Positions 17,457 to 26,669 are shown, counted from the first letter of the stretch. The stretch is DNA of 32,000 bases from an archaeon (GCA_024275415.1 JAJRZD010000043.1:60001-92000); one strand, 5' to 3'. Numbers and translations are program-made. The notes: generated by a model not told the origin, from the letters alone.

Positions 17457-18787
17457 TTTGCACCCGCCTTTGATAGAATGATAGTCGCTCGCATCGCTGC
17501 TGCACTGCCAGCAGTCACCGAATCTGGGATGTCCTTTGGTCCATCAGCACACCCGCAAGTGAACACCCCGGGGATAGTTGTAGTGACAGGAGCAGAGAAT
17601 GTGTCCTCGATGTCGAGATATCCATCTTCAGACTGTTCAAGCTTCAACACTTTGGCGATGGTTTCAAGCCCGTCTGGAGGTTGCAGTCCGGGACAGATGA
17701 CAAGCAGGTCATGCCGTACCTCTTCAAGCTGGGCTGTATTGATGTCTTCAACCTCGATGATCAGGTCTTTTGTTTCAGAGTCTTCCACCACCTCGCCTAC
17801 ACGACCCTTGACGAAATTGACACCAAAACGTGTCTTGGCCATCTCGTAGAACTCCTCAAAGCCTTTCCCGAATGCTCGGATGTCTGCGTAATAGATGGTT
17901 ACCTTTGCTTCCGGATCGTGCTCTCTCGCCATGACAGCATTCTTGACACCATACATACAACAGACCCGACTACAGTAAGGGACACCCTTGTTCACATCCC
18001 GAGCACCCACACACTGGATAAAACCAATGTCCTTCGGGGTCTTTCCGTCACTTATCCTGATGAGATGTCCGTGAGTAGGTCCAGCAGCATTGATAAGACG
18101 TTCATATTCCATGGCGTTGATGACATTCTGGTAGCGCCCATAACCGAGGCGAGGATAGACACTGACATCAAACAACTTGTATCCCGTTGCCACCACTATT
18201 GCGCCGACATTAAGCTGGACGACCTTGTCTTTCATCTCATAGTCAATCGCACCACGAGTACACGTTTTGGCACATCTTTTGCAATTTATGCATGTGTCCA
18301 TGTCAATAGTATAGACCGCAGGAGTGGCCTGCGGAAACGGAAGATAGATAGCTTTTCTAAATCCGATTTTCTCCTCGAACTCAGCAGGCACCTCTACAGG
18401 ACAGACCTGCGCGCATTCTCCACACCCAGAGCACTTGTCTTCGTGTACGTACCTCGCTTTCCTCCGGATCTTTATGGTAAAATTGCCTTCATGTCCCGTT
18501 GCTTTTTCCACCTCAGAATAGGTGAGCAGTTCGATGTTCGGATGACGAGCAACCTCACTGAGCTTCGGGGTAAGGATACACGCCGAGCAATCCAAGGTGG
18601 GGAACGTCTTGTCAATCGCAGCCATTCGCCCCCCGATGCTGGGAGTCTTTTCCACGAGATAAACTTTGTAACCCTGATTTGCTATGTCAAGAGCGGCTTG
18701 CATCCCTGCGACACCGCCTCCAATCACCAGAGCGTTATCTGACACATACTTCTTAGGGGTTTCAACATAATCCATACTTTGAGTCAT
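17453..18787 (-). CDS. hdrA: Heterodisulfide reductase subunit A-like (HdrA1): FAD domain + inserted 2x[4Fe-4S] ferredoxin, no N- or C-terminal cluster domains
   Basis: GGGVAGMQAALD, KTFPTLDCSACILTPK, CSGCGECAQVCP, CINCKRCAKTC, CVGAR...CSRVCC and GPKDIPDSV motifs. Confidence 0.93.
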   Translation of the reverse strand: MTQSMDYVETPKKYVSDNALVIGGGVAGMQAALDIANQGYKVYLVEKTPSIGGRMAAIDKTFPTLDCSACILTPKLSEVARHPNIELLTYSEVEKATGHEGNFTIKIRRKARYVHEDKCSGCGECAQVCPVEVPAEFEEKIGFRKAIYLPFPQATPAVYTIDMDTCINCKRCAKTCTRGAIDYEMKDKVVQLNVGAIVVATGYKLFDVSVYPRLGYGRYQNVINAMEYERLINAAGPTHGHLIRISDGKTPKDIGFIQCVGARDVNKGVPYCSRVCCMYGVKNAVMAREHDPEAKVTIYYADIRAFGKGFEEFYEMAKTRFGVNFVKGRVGEVVEDSETKDLIIEVEDINTAQLEEVRHDLLVICPGLQPPDGLETIAKVLKLEQSEDGYLDIEDTFSAPVTTTIPGVFTCGCADGPKDIPDSVTAGSAAAMRATIILSKAGAK

Positions 18788-19659
18788 TGTCTGCCCTCCT
18801 GTAACGATGCCATAATGTCTGATGGTGTAATCTTGTTCAGCTCCAGACCGAGAACATCCTCGTCTATTCCAAGAGCAGGTCCCAGGAATTGAGGAATAGT
18901 GATGACTGGAATCCTTTTGTCTATTGCACCCTCACCAAATTGCACCTGAGTAAGCTGGATATCGCAGAACACACATGCAGTCACGAGCCCGTCAGCTCTA
19001 GCTTCAGCTATGTTCTGGATCTTCTGCCGACCAATTGCACTTGCGATTCCTTCGTCCATTGCGAGCATGGGCCCTCCACAACAACGGGTCTTCCCCGCAT
19101 AGTCCACTGCTACCCCACCTACTGCCTCAACAAGTCTGTCAAGAATTGTCGGGTTTTCGGGATCATCAACTTGGACAATCTCATAAGGCCGGGTCACATG
19201 GCATCCGTAATGAGCAGCCATGCGTATTCCATCGTAGGGACGTACGACAGCCCGTTCGACGGCATCTATCCCAATGTCCTCATGAAGAACCTGCAACAGA
19301 TGTCGCACGCGTACCTTTCCAGTGTACTTCAGGCCTTCATCTGCAAGAAGTGAGTTCACTTCGTCACGAAGCGTGGGGTCATTGTCGAGGTGGTATTTAT
19401 TGATCTTAAGGGAACCAGAGCAAGCTCCACATATCGCAAGAATGTCAAGACCTTCCTTCTCTGCTAATGCGAGGATCCGACCGCTCATGGCTGCGAACGC
19501 ATTGCGAGAGAGAGATTCTACATACTGGGCACCACAACAATTGGTGTCTTTGAACTCGATGAGGTTGACGCCCAGTTTCTCTAGGACGGCAATCGTCGCA
19601 GCCTCGTATGCTGGAAGCCTGACCGGAGCTGTACAGCCCCTGTAAAGAAGCATGTCCAT
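18784..19659 (-). CDS. hdrB: Heterodisulfide reductase subunit B (two CCG domains)
   Basis: GCTA...NCCG...CGAC and HYGCH...RCCGG...ACVFC motifs. Confidence 0.95.
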   Translation of the reverse strand: MDMLLYRGCTAPVRLPAYEAATIAVLEKLGVNLIEFKDTNCCGAQYVESLSRNAFAAMSGRILALAEKEGLDILAICGACSGSLKINKYHLDNDPTLRDEVNSLLADEGLKYTGKVRVRHLLQVLHEDIGIDAVERAVVRPYDGIRMAAHYGCHVTRPYEIVQVDDPENPTILDRLVEAVGGVAVDYAGKTRCCGGPMLAMDEGIASAIGRQKIQNIAEARADGLVTACVFCDIQLTQVQFGEGAIDKRIPVITIPQFLGPALGIDEDVLGLELNKITPSDIMASLQEGRQ

Positions 19660-20168
19660 CAGACCTCAGCCTCCCTCATATCTGGAGAGAAATACCTCTC
19701 TCGCACACGTTTTACAAAACCGTCATTGAACCTGAGATCAACTTCTAACCCGAGGTCGTCGCGCTCATCCTCGATGAAATCGGAGTAAGCATCTTTGAGG
19801 AGCCAGCCATCTGTAAGGACAGTATCGAGGGTGTTCCTGAACACGTTGGGGATGTGTCCCTCACGGGCTGCGATGAACCGCACTGCGTGGAAGATCTCTG
19901 CTGGACTCACGCCCTCCTGACAGTTTTCCTCACACATTCGACAGGTCATGCAGAACCAGGGTTGGTCACTCCGAAGAACTTCATCACGTTTTCCGATTAG
20001 GATCTTCTGGATTATCTTTCGTGGGCGATATTTCTCGGAAGCACGGGCTACCATGCAGCTTGCAGTACATATTCCGCACTGGATGCATTTGTTGATGGCC
20101 TCTCCACCTGGAACGGAGGCTACTTCCCGCGCAAACTCCGAGGACGGAGTATGAATTTCGTTGGTCAT
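19659..20168 (-). CDS. hdrC: Heterodisulfide reductase subunit C (2x[4Fe-4S])
   Basis: CIQCGICTASC and WFCMTCRMCEENC motifs; TGATG overlap with hdrB. An alternative GTG start lies at 20177. Confidence 0.94.
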   Translation of the reverse strand: MTNEIHTPSSEFAREVASVPGGEAINKCIQCGICTASCMVARASEKYRPRKIIQKILIGKRDEVLRSDQPWFCMTCRMCEENCQEGVSPAEIFHAVRFIAAREGHIPNVFRNTLDTVLTDGWLLKDAYSDFIEDERDDLGLEVDLRFNDGFVKRVRERYFSPDMREAEV

Positions 20169-20295
20169 CAAGGTCACCTAGGCGATTTTTCCGAATTGCG
20201 CTGTCAGCAAGAAACGTCAATTCCTTACTGCACACTTCCCTCGATTAGAATGATTATATCCTTGCCGTAAGGGAACAACAGAACAATTATCCAAA

Positions 20296-20319
20296 CTGAT
20301 GACCGAAATCGGACATCAG
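20296..20319. promoter_or_regulatory. 24-bp imperfect palindrome (candidate transcription-factor operator) upstream of the hdr operon
   Basis: CTGATG-A-CCGA-AA-TCGG-A-CATCAG: 10 of 12 position pairs are complementary. It lies about 35 bp upstream of a minus-strand TATA-like GATATAAT (20252-20259). Confidence 0.45.
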
Positions 20320-20481
20320 GATGGGCTTGGAGTACGAAATCCGACAACATGCGACTTTCTATGGAAATCAGGTCGGAATGGGCAATGCGAGTACAGGCAC
20401 AAACGATTAAAACTGGAACATTTGATGATGCTTTGGTGAATAGCAATGCGAACCCCTCAACCTCCTCAAAGGTACAATCCC

Positions 20482-20817
20482 ATGTTTCGAGTTGTAGCAC
20501 TCATTGTAGCTGGCGCGCTCCTCAATATCGGCTTTTACTTCATGCTATTCATTTTGACACCTATCTTGTCAGGAATCGTAGTCGGGTTCGTATTGGCAAG
20601 AAGGAAGGATGGCGCTGTGGCGGGGTTCTTTTCTTCGTTCGTATCATTTCTGCCACTTCATCTCTATATTGCCCCAGCCCTATTAGAGGTGAACCCGGTT
20701 CCAGACATTGGAGCATTCTACCTCGCGCTGGTACTATATGTACTGTTGCTTAGCACTATCAGCTTGGTCTGTGGCATATTAGGGTCTACTATTGCACGAC
20801 GATTCAGGTCTTCTTAG
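20482..20817 (+). CDS. Small multi-pass membrane protein (Gly-rich helices, DUF5518-like)
   Basis: 111 aa, almost wholly hydrophobic with GxxxG motifs; similar in pattern to 27858-28289. Confidence 0.72.
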   Translation: MFRVVALIVAGALLNIGFYFMLFILTPILSGIVVGFVLARRKDGAVAGFFSSFVSFLPLHLYIAPALLEVNPVPDIGAFYLALVLYVLLLSTISLVCGILGSTIARRFRSS

Positions 20818-21962
20818 GTATCGACAAGAATTTGCCCTGGGGTGTAGTCTGCATTAGAACCGACCGTGCTCCTCCGCAAAGGATTCCCAAAAAGAACCCA
20901 TTCGATTGCCGATACAGCTTGGTTTGATGACATGGTTGAAGTTTCACCCTTTCGTATCCTCAGTATCTCATCTTTGATGGACTGTTCAAGATTTTCAGCG
21001 ATTCCCTTATCGACCGCAAGCTTGACCTGTCCAATCTGGTCAAAAGAGTCGAGGAGATCCATGAAACCGAACTTGAAACCATCTGCATATGCACATTGCC
21101 TCCAATCATCAAAGGGATCAGGATTGTTCAGAGTGTCCAACGTGGAACCGATGTATGCAGCACCCTGCTTCAGGAACGCCATCAGTAGAGGCCCTTCTTG
21201 TGCTGTACTACATGCCTCAGAGAAGACCACTGGATATCCCTTGAAAACAATCTGTGCGGCATGTTCGCTCGAAAGAATGACTGAGTTGTGTGACATCCAG
21301 CGATTGGGGTTTCCATGAATCCTTGAGCTGAAGACACCGTCGGAGAATTGAAGAATGAACTCGCAAGAACCCAATAGCGGGGCGTATTTAGGTGTGTAAC
21401 GCTCAAGAACCTCAACATCAAATCCTAGCTTCACCAGTGCATCAACATGTTTGTTGGAACGGCCAGGCTGAGTGTCAAAAATCACTGCCATATCACTATC
21501 GATGATATTTGGATCCATGTGATATAGCACAGTTTCAGGGCTTCCATAGACCCTTCCTATCGGGACATCAGGGATTAAGTCACCCTCAAGATCTTGTATG
21601 AACCAGTCCGTGAAGGAGTAAGCTCTCTCATATCTTATCTGCGTGCCAGGGAGTTCCTTATTGGAACCAATCAACAGGACTCCTTTGTGGTATCCTGGGT
21701 CGAAGTTCTCTTTTATCGTGCGGAGTGTGAACACCCACGATCCCCTCTCCTCTATTACGAAATCAGCATTGATCCTCTTGGCCTTGGTCTTGTACAGGTT
21801 CTGACGCTCCGACCCGACCTTTCCACAGATAACAAGTAGTTTATCTAGTATGTCCCTACGTGTCCGTCCAATATCGAAGGGCTGATCCCATTTCTTCTTG
21901 AAAATCGCTCTTCCGCGACTGTCTCTTTCTACGTTTGGTTTGACATTGGAATAGTCGGTCAT
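20814..21962 (-). CDS. Peptidase C25 (gingipain)-like clan CD cysteine protease without a signal peptide
   Basis: VLLIG...DWFIQDLEGDLIPDVPIGRV, candidate dyad IHG-x4-W and VFSEACST, GAAYIGST, and terminal WVLFGNP. The N-terminus is basic and hydrophilic. Confidence 0.72.
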   Translation of the reverse strand: MTDYSNVKPNVERDSRGRAIFKKKWDQPFDIGRTRRDILDKLLVICGKVGSERQNLYKTKAKRINADFVIEERGSWVFTLRTIKENFDPGYHKGVLLIGSNKELPGTQIRYERAYSFTDWFIQDLEGDLIPDVPIGRVYGSPETVLYHMDPNIIDSDMAVIFDTQPGRSNKHVDALVKLGFDVEVLERYTPKYAPLLGSCEFILQFSDGVFSSRIHGNPNRWMSHNSVILSSEHAAQIVFKGYPVVFSEACSTAQEGPLLMAFLKQGAAYIGSTLDTLNNPDPFDDWRQCAYADGFKFGFMDLLDSFDQIGQVKLAVDKGIAENLEQSIKDEILRIRKGETSTMSSNQAVSAIEWVLFGNPLRRSTVGSNADYTPGQILVDT

Positions 21963-22203
21963 AAGCAATCACTAAATAAATGTGGAACTGAATAACTCAT
22001 CTTTCTTTGTTAATCTTCCTGCTACTACATACACCCAGTCCGCGATGTCTGATTACCGTTATTTTCTAAAAAAAGACACTGCTAATGGGCATATAAACGA
22101 GTTCGTCGGAAACTATGATATCATTGTGTTTGTACGACCCGCCAGAAGAACATCCCAACCCGTGGAATGCCAACGAGTCGAATAACCAGCACATTGAACG
22201 ATT

Positions 22204-23349
22204 TCATGACAGTATCGACCGGATGGCATCCTCAATCGTATCAAGATCCGCGTCTGTCAGACTGGGGTGGACTGGGATATCGAAGTGTGTATCGCCGACC
22301 TCTTCTGAGTGTGGGAGGCTGAGCTTGGAATAGTCCGGATAGGTGACGAACTTTGCCCACCGCCACTCTTGGATGTTCAGATAGGTGCCTTGCTTGTGAC
22401 AGGGGAGTGCATAGACCGAACGTGCCCCAACTCCCTTCTCTCTAAGCTTTGTAATCATCTCGTCTCGTGTGATTCTCTTGGACAACAGCCTTGGAGCGTA
22501 GACATGATAGACTGACTTCACGCCATCGGGCTCGTATTGAGGTACTATCTCATCATATTCAGAGAGAAACCGCTGATAGCGTTCGGCATTCTTCCTTCGA
22601 ATCTCTGTTGCTTTTGGCAACCGTTTCAGTTGTACTCTTCCGATGGCAGAAACTATGTCCATCATCCTATTGTTATACCCAATTCGGAAATGGCTGTAAC
22701 CGCCATGTTTCCCGCGACCGTGGTTCTTGATCATGAGAGCACGTTCATATATATCCTCATCATCCGTAGTTATCATCCCGCCTTCGCCACTCATCATGTT
22801 CTTGGTAGCGTAGAACGAGAATGCACCCACATGCCCGATGGAGCCTACCTTCTTTCCGTCTACCGTAGCGCCGTGTGCCTGACATGCGTCCTCCAAGACC
22901 AAGAGGTCGTGTGTCTCTGCGATCTCCATAATCCGTTTCATATCGCTTGGCATACCAAAGATGTGAATGGGCATTATGGCCTTGGTCTTATCTGTGATAG
23001 CATTCTCAATCTCTTCAGGATCTATATTGTACGTCCTAGGATCGATATCAACGAAAATTGGGATGGCCCCAATCATTGCGATAGTATTCGCTGAAGCGAT
23101 GAATGTGAATGGAGAAGTAATGACCTCATCACCGGGCTGGATTTCCATGGCTTCAAGTGCCGTGCTGAGAGCGGTAGTACCATTTGATGTGACTGTTGCG
23201 TACTTTGTCCCTGTGAATGCCGCGAACTCTTTTTCTAACTCACGGGACACTTTCCCCTCGGCAAGCATACCTGACTCGAGGACTTTACTGACTGCTTCCA
23301 GTTCCTCCTTGTCTACTACGGGTTTGGCAAACGGAATCAAAGGAATCAC
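22204..23349 (-). CDS. DegT/DnrJ/EryC1/StrS family sugar aminotransferase
   Basis: SNGTTAL, FTFIASAN, EDACQAHGA, FSFYATKNM (PLP lysine) and GYNNRM motifs. Confidence 0.96.
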   Translation of the reverse strand: MIPLIPFAKPVVDKEELEAVSKVLESGMLAEGKVSRELEKEFAAFTGTKYATVTSNGTTALSTALEAMEIQPGDEVITSPFTFIASANTIAMIGAIPIFVDIDPRTYNIDPEEIENAITDKTKAIMPIHIFGMPSDMKRIMEIAETHDLLVLEDACQAHGATVDGKKVGSIGHVGAFSFYATKNMMSGEGGMITTDDEDIYERALMIKNHGRGKHGGYSHFRIGYNNRMMDIVSAIGRVQLKRLPKATEIRRKNAERYQRFLSEYDEIVPQYEPDGVKSVYHVYAPRLLSKRITRDEMITKLREKGVGARSVYALPCHKQGTYLNIQEWRWAKFVTYPDYSKLSLPHSEEVGDTHFDIPVHPSLTDADLDTIEDAIRSILS

Positions 23350-23399
23350 TGATTCGCTGGATTCGATAGGTGTTAAAACTGTTGAGGTGATAGGACACT

Positions 23400-23870
23400 C
23401 TATTCAGAAGCAGAAACCTCTTCAAGAGGCTCACTTTCATCCTCTGCATCCTTAGGACGTAGTTTCTTCTCTAGGACGCCAACTAGTCCTACAGACCCCA
23501 TCATGACACCTAAAGTAAGGAGCATATAGAGCAGGTCTGCCAGCATGAACACGATTGCGAGTCCCAGTCCTGAGAGAAAGCCCGTGGATGTTCTTACGAG
23601 GTTCCTAGTCTTTCTCGGTGCAAGCCGTTGGGTCATCCAGTCGGTGACCGTCGCAAAACCCAAGACAAGCGCTATCATGAACCATAGCCCAGATGGTCTG
23701 AGTGATAGTCCTGCCAAGAGTATGATGATGATTCCAATGCCAAGTCCCCCATAGATTCCAGAGCATCTACTACAGAAATACAGGGAACGACCAAAGACCT
23801 TGACACGGAGGCAATGCGAATAAAGAGAAGGTGGATGATGTGATATCATAGTATGTAGGACTTCTTTCAT
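23400..23870 (-). CDS. DUF2085-like membrane protein
   Basis: SHH...SHC...FCSRCSGIYGG, DWMTQ and RTSTGFLSG motifs; four TM segments. Confidence 0.82.
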   Translation of the reverse strand: MKEVLHTMISHHPPSLYSHCLRVKVFGRSLYFCSRCSGIYGGLGIGIIIILLAGLSLRPSGLWFMIALVLGFATVTDWMTQRLAPRKTRNLVRTSTGFLSGLGLAIVFMLADLLYMLLTLGVMMGSVGLVGVLEKKLRPKDAEDESEPLEEVSASE

Positions 23871-23963
23871 CTCGTCACTCCTGCCCCATGCATATGTCGA
23901 AACCTCCAGTTCGTCGTCACGACTCAGTTTGATTACCTCCGTGTTTCATGGCGCAATCCAGCT

Positions 23964-25148
23964 CTACTTGAGATGGTCTGCAATAGATTTCGCAAGATCC
24001 TTTATCTGTTGTATCTCTTCTGCCTTTGGTCTTCCGTGACAGCGGATAACAGGTTCCATTATCTCGAACTTCGCGTTTTCTAGTTGAGTGCGGAGCTTTT
24101 TCACTCCACCACCACCCCACCCATGAGTACCAAAAAGAGCGATAGGTCTCTTGGGGTACCGCTTGCCAACCACTTCGTTAACGAACCCCCATACCTTTGG
24201 GTACGGAAAGGCATCATACGTCGGGGTTCCGATCACAAGTACGCCTGCTCTCACAGTGTCCGTGATGACCTGGCTCAGCTCACTGTACGAAAGGTTGTGC
24301 AGTCGCACATCAACACCATGACCGAGCAATTCCTTTTTGAGCATGATTGCAGTGCGGTGCGTGAAACCATACATAGTGCCATAGACAATCACGCACTTCT
24401 TCACCATGTCAGGACCACTCCATTCATCGTACTTGTCCACTACCCACATGGGGTCTTTCCTGTAAACAGGCCCATGACTTGGGGCGATGACCTTTATTCC
24501 AATCCCGAGGTCCTTGACTTTCTTTATCCCAGCCTGAACGAACTTGAAATAGCTGGTAATGATGGTTGACACATATCGCATACTCTCCTTCTCGACGAGA
24601 TCCATGTTCACCTCGTCATCGAACAGCTTGCCATTCAAAGAACCAAAGGCCCCGAAAGCATCACACGAGAACAGGATCTCGTCCTCGACGATGTAGGTCA
24701 TCATTGTTTCGGGCCAGTGAAGGAATTTTGCATGAACGAACTTCAAGGTCTTGGAACCTAGAGATAACTCTTCAAGGTCTGCGACTTTTTTCTCAGGGTT
24801 CGGTATATCGTAGAATGAGTGCCGAATCTTGGACGCAAAGGGGGTGTACACGATGGTCGCATTAGGTACGATTTCTGAGATATCCGGTAGAGCCCCTGTG
24901 TGGTCAGGCTCCATGTGATTGAGAATGATGTAGTCAATCTTCGAAGGGTCAACGACTTCTCGAATATTGTTAAGCCACTCCTCAGACCATGGCCCCTTCA
25001 CGGTTTCGATTACGGCTATCTTTTCATCTACGATGAGATAGCTGTTGTAGCTCACTCCAAAAGGCAGTTTCCAGAGGTTCTCGAACAAGTCAGTCAGGTT
25101 GTCATCAACGCCTACATAGTAGACTCCTTTAGCAATCTCACGATGCAT
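23964..25148 (-). CDS. fprA: Flavodiiron protein (FprA / A-type flavoprotein; O2/NO reductase)
   Basis: NHMEPDHTG, HWPET, SCDAFG and APSHGP di-iron ligands, plus a flavodoxin domain (GTMYGFT, GTPT, FGTHGWGGGG). Confidence 0.95.
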   Translation of the reverse strand: MHREIAKGVYYVGVDDNLTDLFENLWKLPFGVSYNSYLIVDEKIAVIETVKGPWSEEWLNNIREVVDPSKIDYIILNHMEPDHTGALPDISEIVPNATIVYTPFASKIRHSFYDIPNPEKKVADLEELSLGSKTLKFVHAKFLHWPETMMTYIVEDEILFSCDAFGAFGSLNGKLFDDEVNMDLVEKESMRYVSTIITSYFKFVQAGIKKVKDLGIGIKVIAPSHGPVYRKDPMWVVDKYDEWSGPDMVKKCVIVYGTMYGFTHRTAIMLKKELLGHGVDVRLHNLSYSELSQVITDTVRAGVLVIGTPTYDAFPYPKVWGFVNEVVGKRYPKRPIALFGTHGWGGGGVKKLRTQLENAKFEIMEPVIRCHGRPKAEEIQQIKDLAKSIADHLK

Positions 25149-25355
25149 CTTGCTATCCTTCCCTCAGTTGTTAAGCCTAGAACCTGAACCGAGCAATAAA
25201 AGCCCTGCCATATAGCAGGCTCTACAGGGACAAGTCAAGAAGAATTCCTTTGGTCTTAATAGTAAGAAAACTTCGCTTGACAGGCCTGTTCATTGGTCTG
25301 GTGTAATCGTATTCATATCCTTTAATAGCTTGATGCAGTCTAAGCTGCGAGTCAT

Positions 25356-26414
25356 ATGCCAACAACTGGATATACCTTCAGAAATGTGGTGGTATTTCGT
25401 GGTGACAATTCTGAAATAATGGATACCAAATTAGCTCCACTCTTGAAGGAACAAAAACTGGCACTTACTTTTCTGGATCCGCCTTTTAATCAGAACAAAG
25501 ACTATGAGAGCCACAACGATAGAATGAATGAGGAAGAGTATTGGGATTGGATGAAACAAATATGTAGCAAGGTGTATCAAATCACAGAAGAAGGGGGATC
25601 TATCTATTTTATGCAGAGAGAGAAGAATTCCTCAGAGGTCTTGGAATGTTTGCGCCAAACAGGATGGACAGTACAGAATCTGATAATATGGAAGAAAAAG
25701 ACCTCAGCAGTCCCCCAGAGATATAGGTATGGAAAACAATACCAAATCATTGCTTTTGCTACGAAGGGATTAAGACCCCGAGTCTTCAATCGCCTACGAA
25801 TTGATTACCCCTTGATGCCGGGCCAGAAACAGCCCCGTGAAAATGGGATATTTGTCACTGATGTGTGGGACGATATTCGAGAGATGACATCAGGGTTCTT
25901 TGCAGGTGATGAAGCTCTACGAGATGATAAAGGAGCGCGGATACACAAGCAACAATCACCAATTGCCCTTCTCCTGAGAATTATCCTGTCTTCAACACTT
26001 CCGGGAGATATCGTATTTGACCCATTCGCAGGTACTGGTACGACTCTTGTGGTTGCAAATCAGCTTGGTAGAACTGGCATTGGAATAGAACTCGGAAAGA
26101 CCAACTTCGATGTGATTACAAAGCGATTGATTTCAGATAGGCCGTCAGACAAAGTTAGCCTTGATTACTACAGGTTCACTGGTAATCTTGATGAAATAGC
26201 GGGATTAAAACAAGCAAAAGACGTTCAAACAATCACTCCTACTCTTGAATTTGTTGAAGTTCTCATAGCAGAAATTGACTGCTCTGATTGGTCCTTTAGT
26301 GGAAGAAAAGGAGAATCTCGTCGAACGCCAACTGCTAGCATTCTTAAGAGTGGTACGAAAAAATTGCGGAATAATCCAGCACTAAGAAATCCTGATTATC
26401 TAGTTCGTAGATAA
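25356..26414 (+). CDS. Site-specific N4-C/N6-A DNA methyltransferase (beta class) with an atypical ~58-aa C-terminal tail
   Basis: Motif IV FLDPPFN precedes motif I VFDPFAGTGTT, with HKQQSP between them. The tail from 26241 looks unrelated to MTases. Confidence 0.92.
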   Translation: MPTTGYTFRNVVVFRGDNSEIMDTKLAPLLKEQKLALTFLDPPFNQNKDYESHNDRMNEEEYWDWMKQICSKVYQITEEGGSIYFMQREKNSSEVLECLRQTGWTVQNLIIWKKKTSAVPQRYRYGKQYQIIAFATKGLRPRVFNRLRIDYPLMPGQKQPRENGIFVTDVWDDIREMTSGFFAGDEALRDDKGARIHKQQSPIALLLRIILSSTLPGDIVFDPFAGTGTTLVVANQLGRTGIGIELGKTNFDVITKRLISDRPSDKVSLDYYRFTGNLDEIAGLKQAKDVQTITPTLEFVEVLIAEIDCSDWSFSGRKGESRRTPTASILKSGTKKLRNNPALRNPDYLVRR

Positions 26415-26669
26415 TTCTCTTTCTTCAATGAAAGAAAGAATACTTGAACCTTCATCTGTTATTTCAAAGAACTTCCCACGTATTTCTTCTACTAGGCATT
26501 TGACAAGATCACGTGCTTCTAGTTCTCGTAGTGTACGACTTACATGCGATCTTGCTACATCTGTTTTATCTGAAATTGAAGATGGTGTCAATGGTCCATC
26601 CTTTAAAACATAGAGGATTTTAAGGCGGTATTTGCTTCTAACTACGTAGCTAATATCGTTCCAATTCAT
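26400..26669 (-). CDS. ArsR-like winged HTH transcriptional regulator (candidate R-M controller)
   Basis: SKYRLKILYVLKDGPLTPSSISDKTDVARSHVSRTLRELEARDLVKC...FEITDEG. It is divergent from MTase 2. Confidence 0.88.
   Translation of the reverse strand: MNWNDISYVVRSKYRLKILYVLKDGPLTPSSISDKTDVARSHVSRTLRELEARDLVKCLVEEIRGKFFEITDEGSSILSFIEERELSTN

Noticed and set aside
17681-18742. Long antisense ORFs (e.g. 17681-18742, 22537-23094, 10125-10631, 11912-12460)
   Set aside because: They are shadows of well-supported genes on the opposite strand and have no recognisable motifs.
15262-18787. Selenoprotein forms of HdrA and MvhD, which are known in Sec-using archaea
   Set aside because: The Sec-homologous positions are Cys codons (TLDCSAC uses TGC; MvhD has CCNWC and GCHPGDCH). 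All TGAs in the operon are terminal stop/start overlaps.
20296-20310. Hammerhead ribozyme core (CTGATGA...GAAA) or SECIS-like AUGA/GA element
   Set aside because: Only 2 nt separate CTGATGA from GAAA, so there is no stem II. The helix is too short for a SECIS, and no selenoprotein gene lies upstream.
21982-22185. Small plus-strand ORF between the C25-like protease and DegT
   Set aside because: No motif or clear ribosome-binding site; it could be chance in the protease promoter region.
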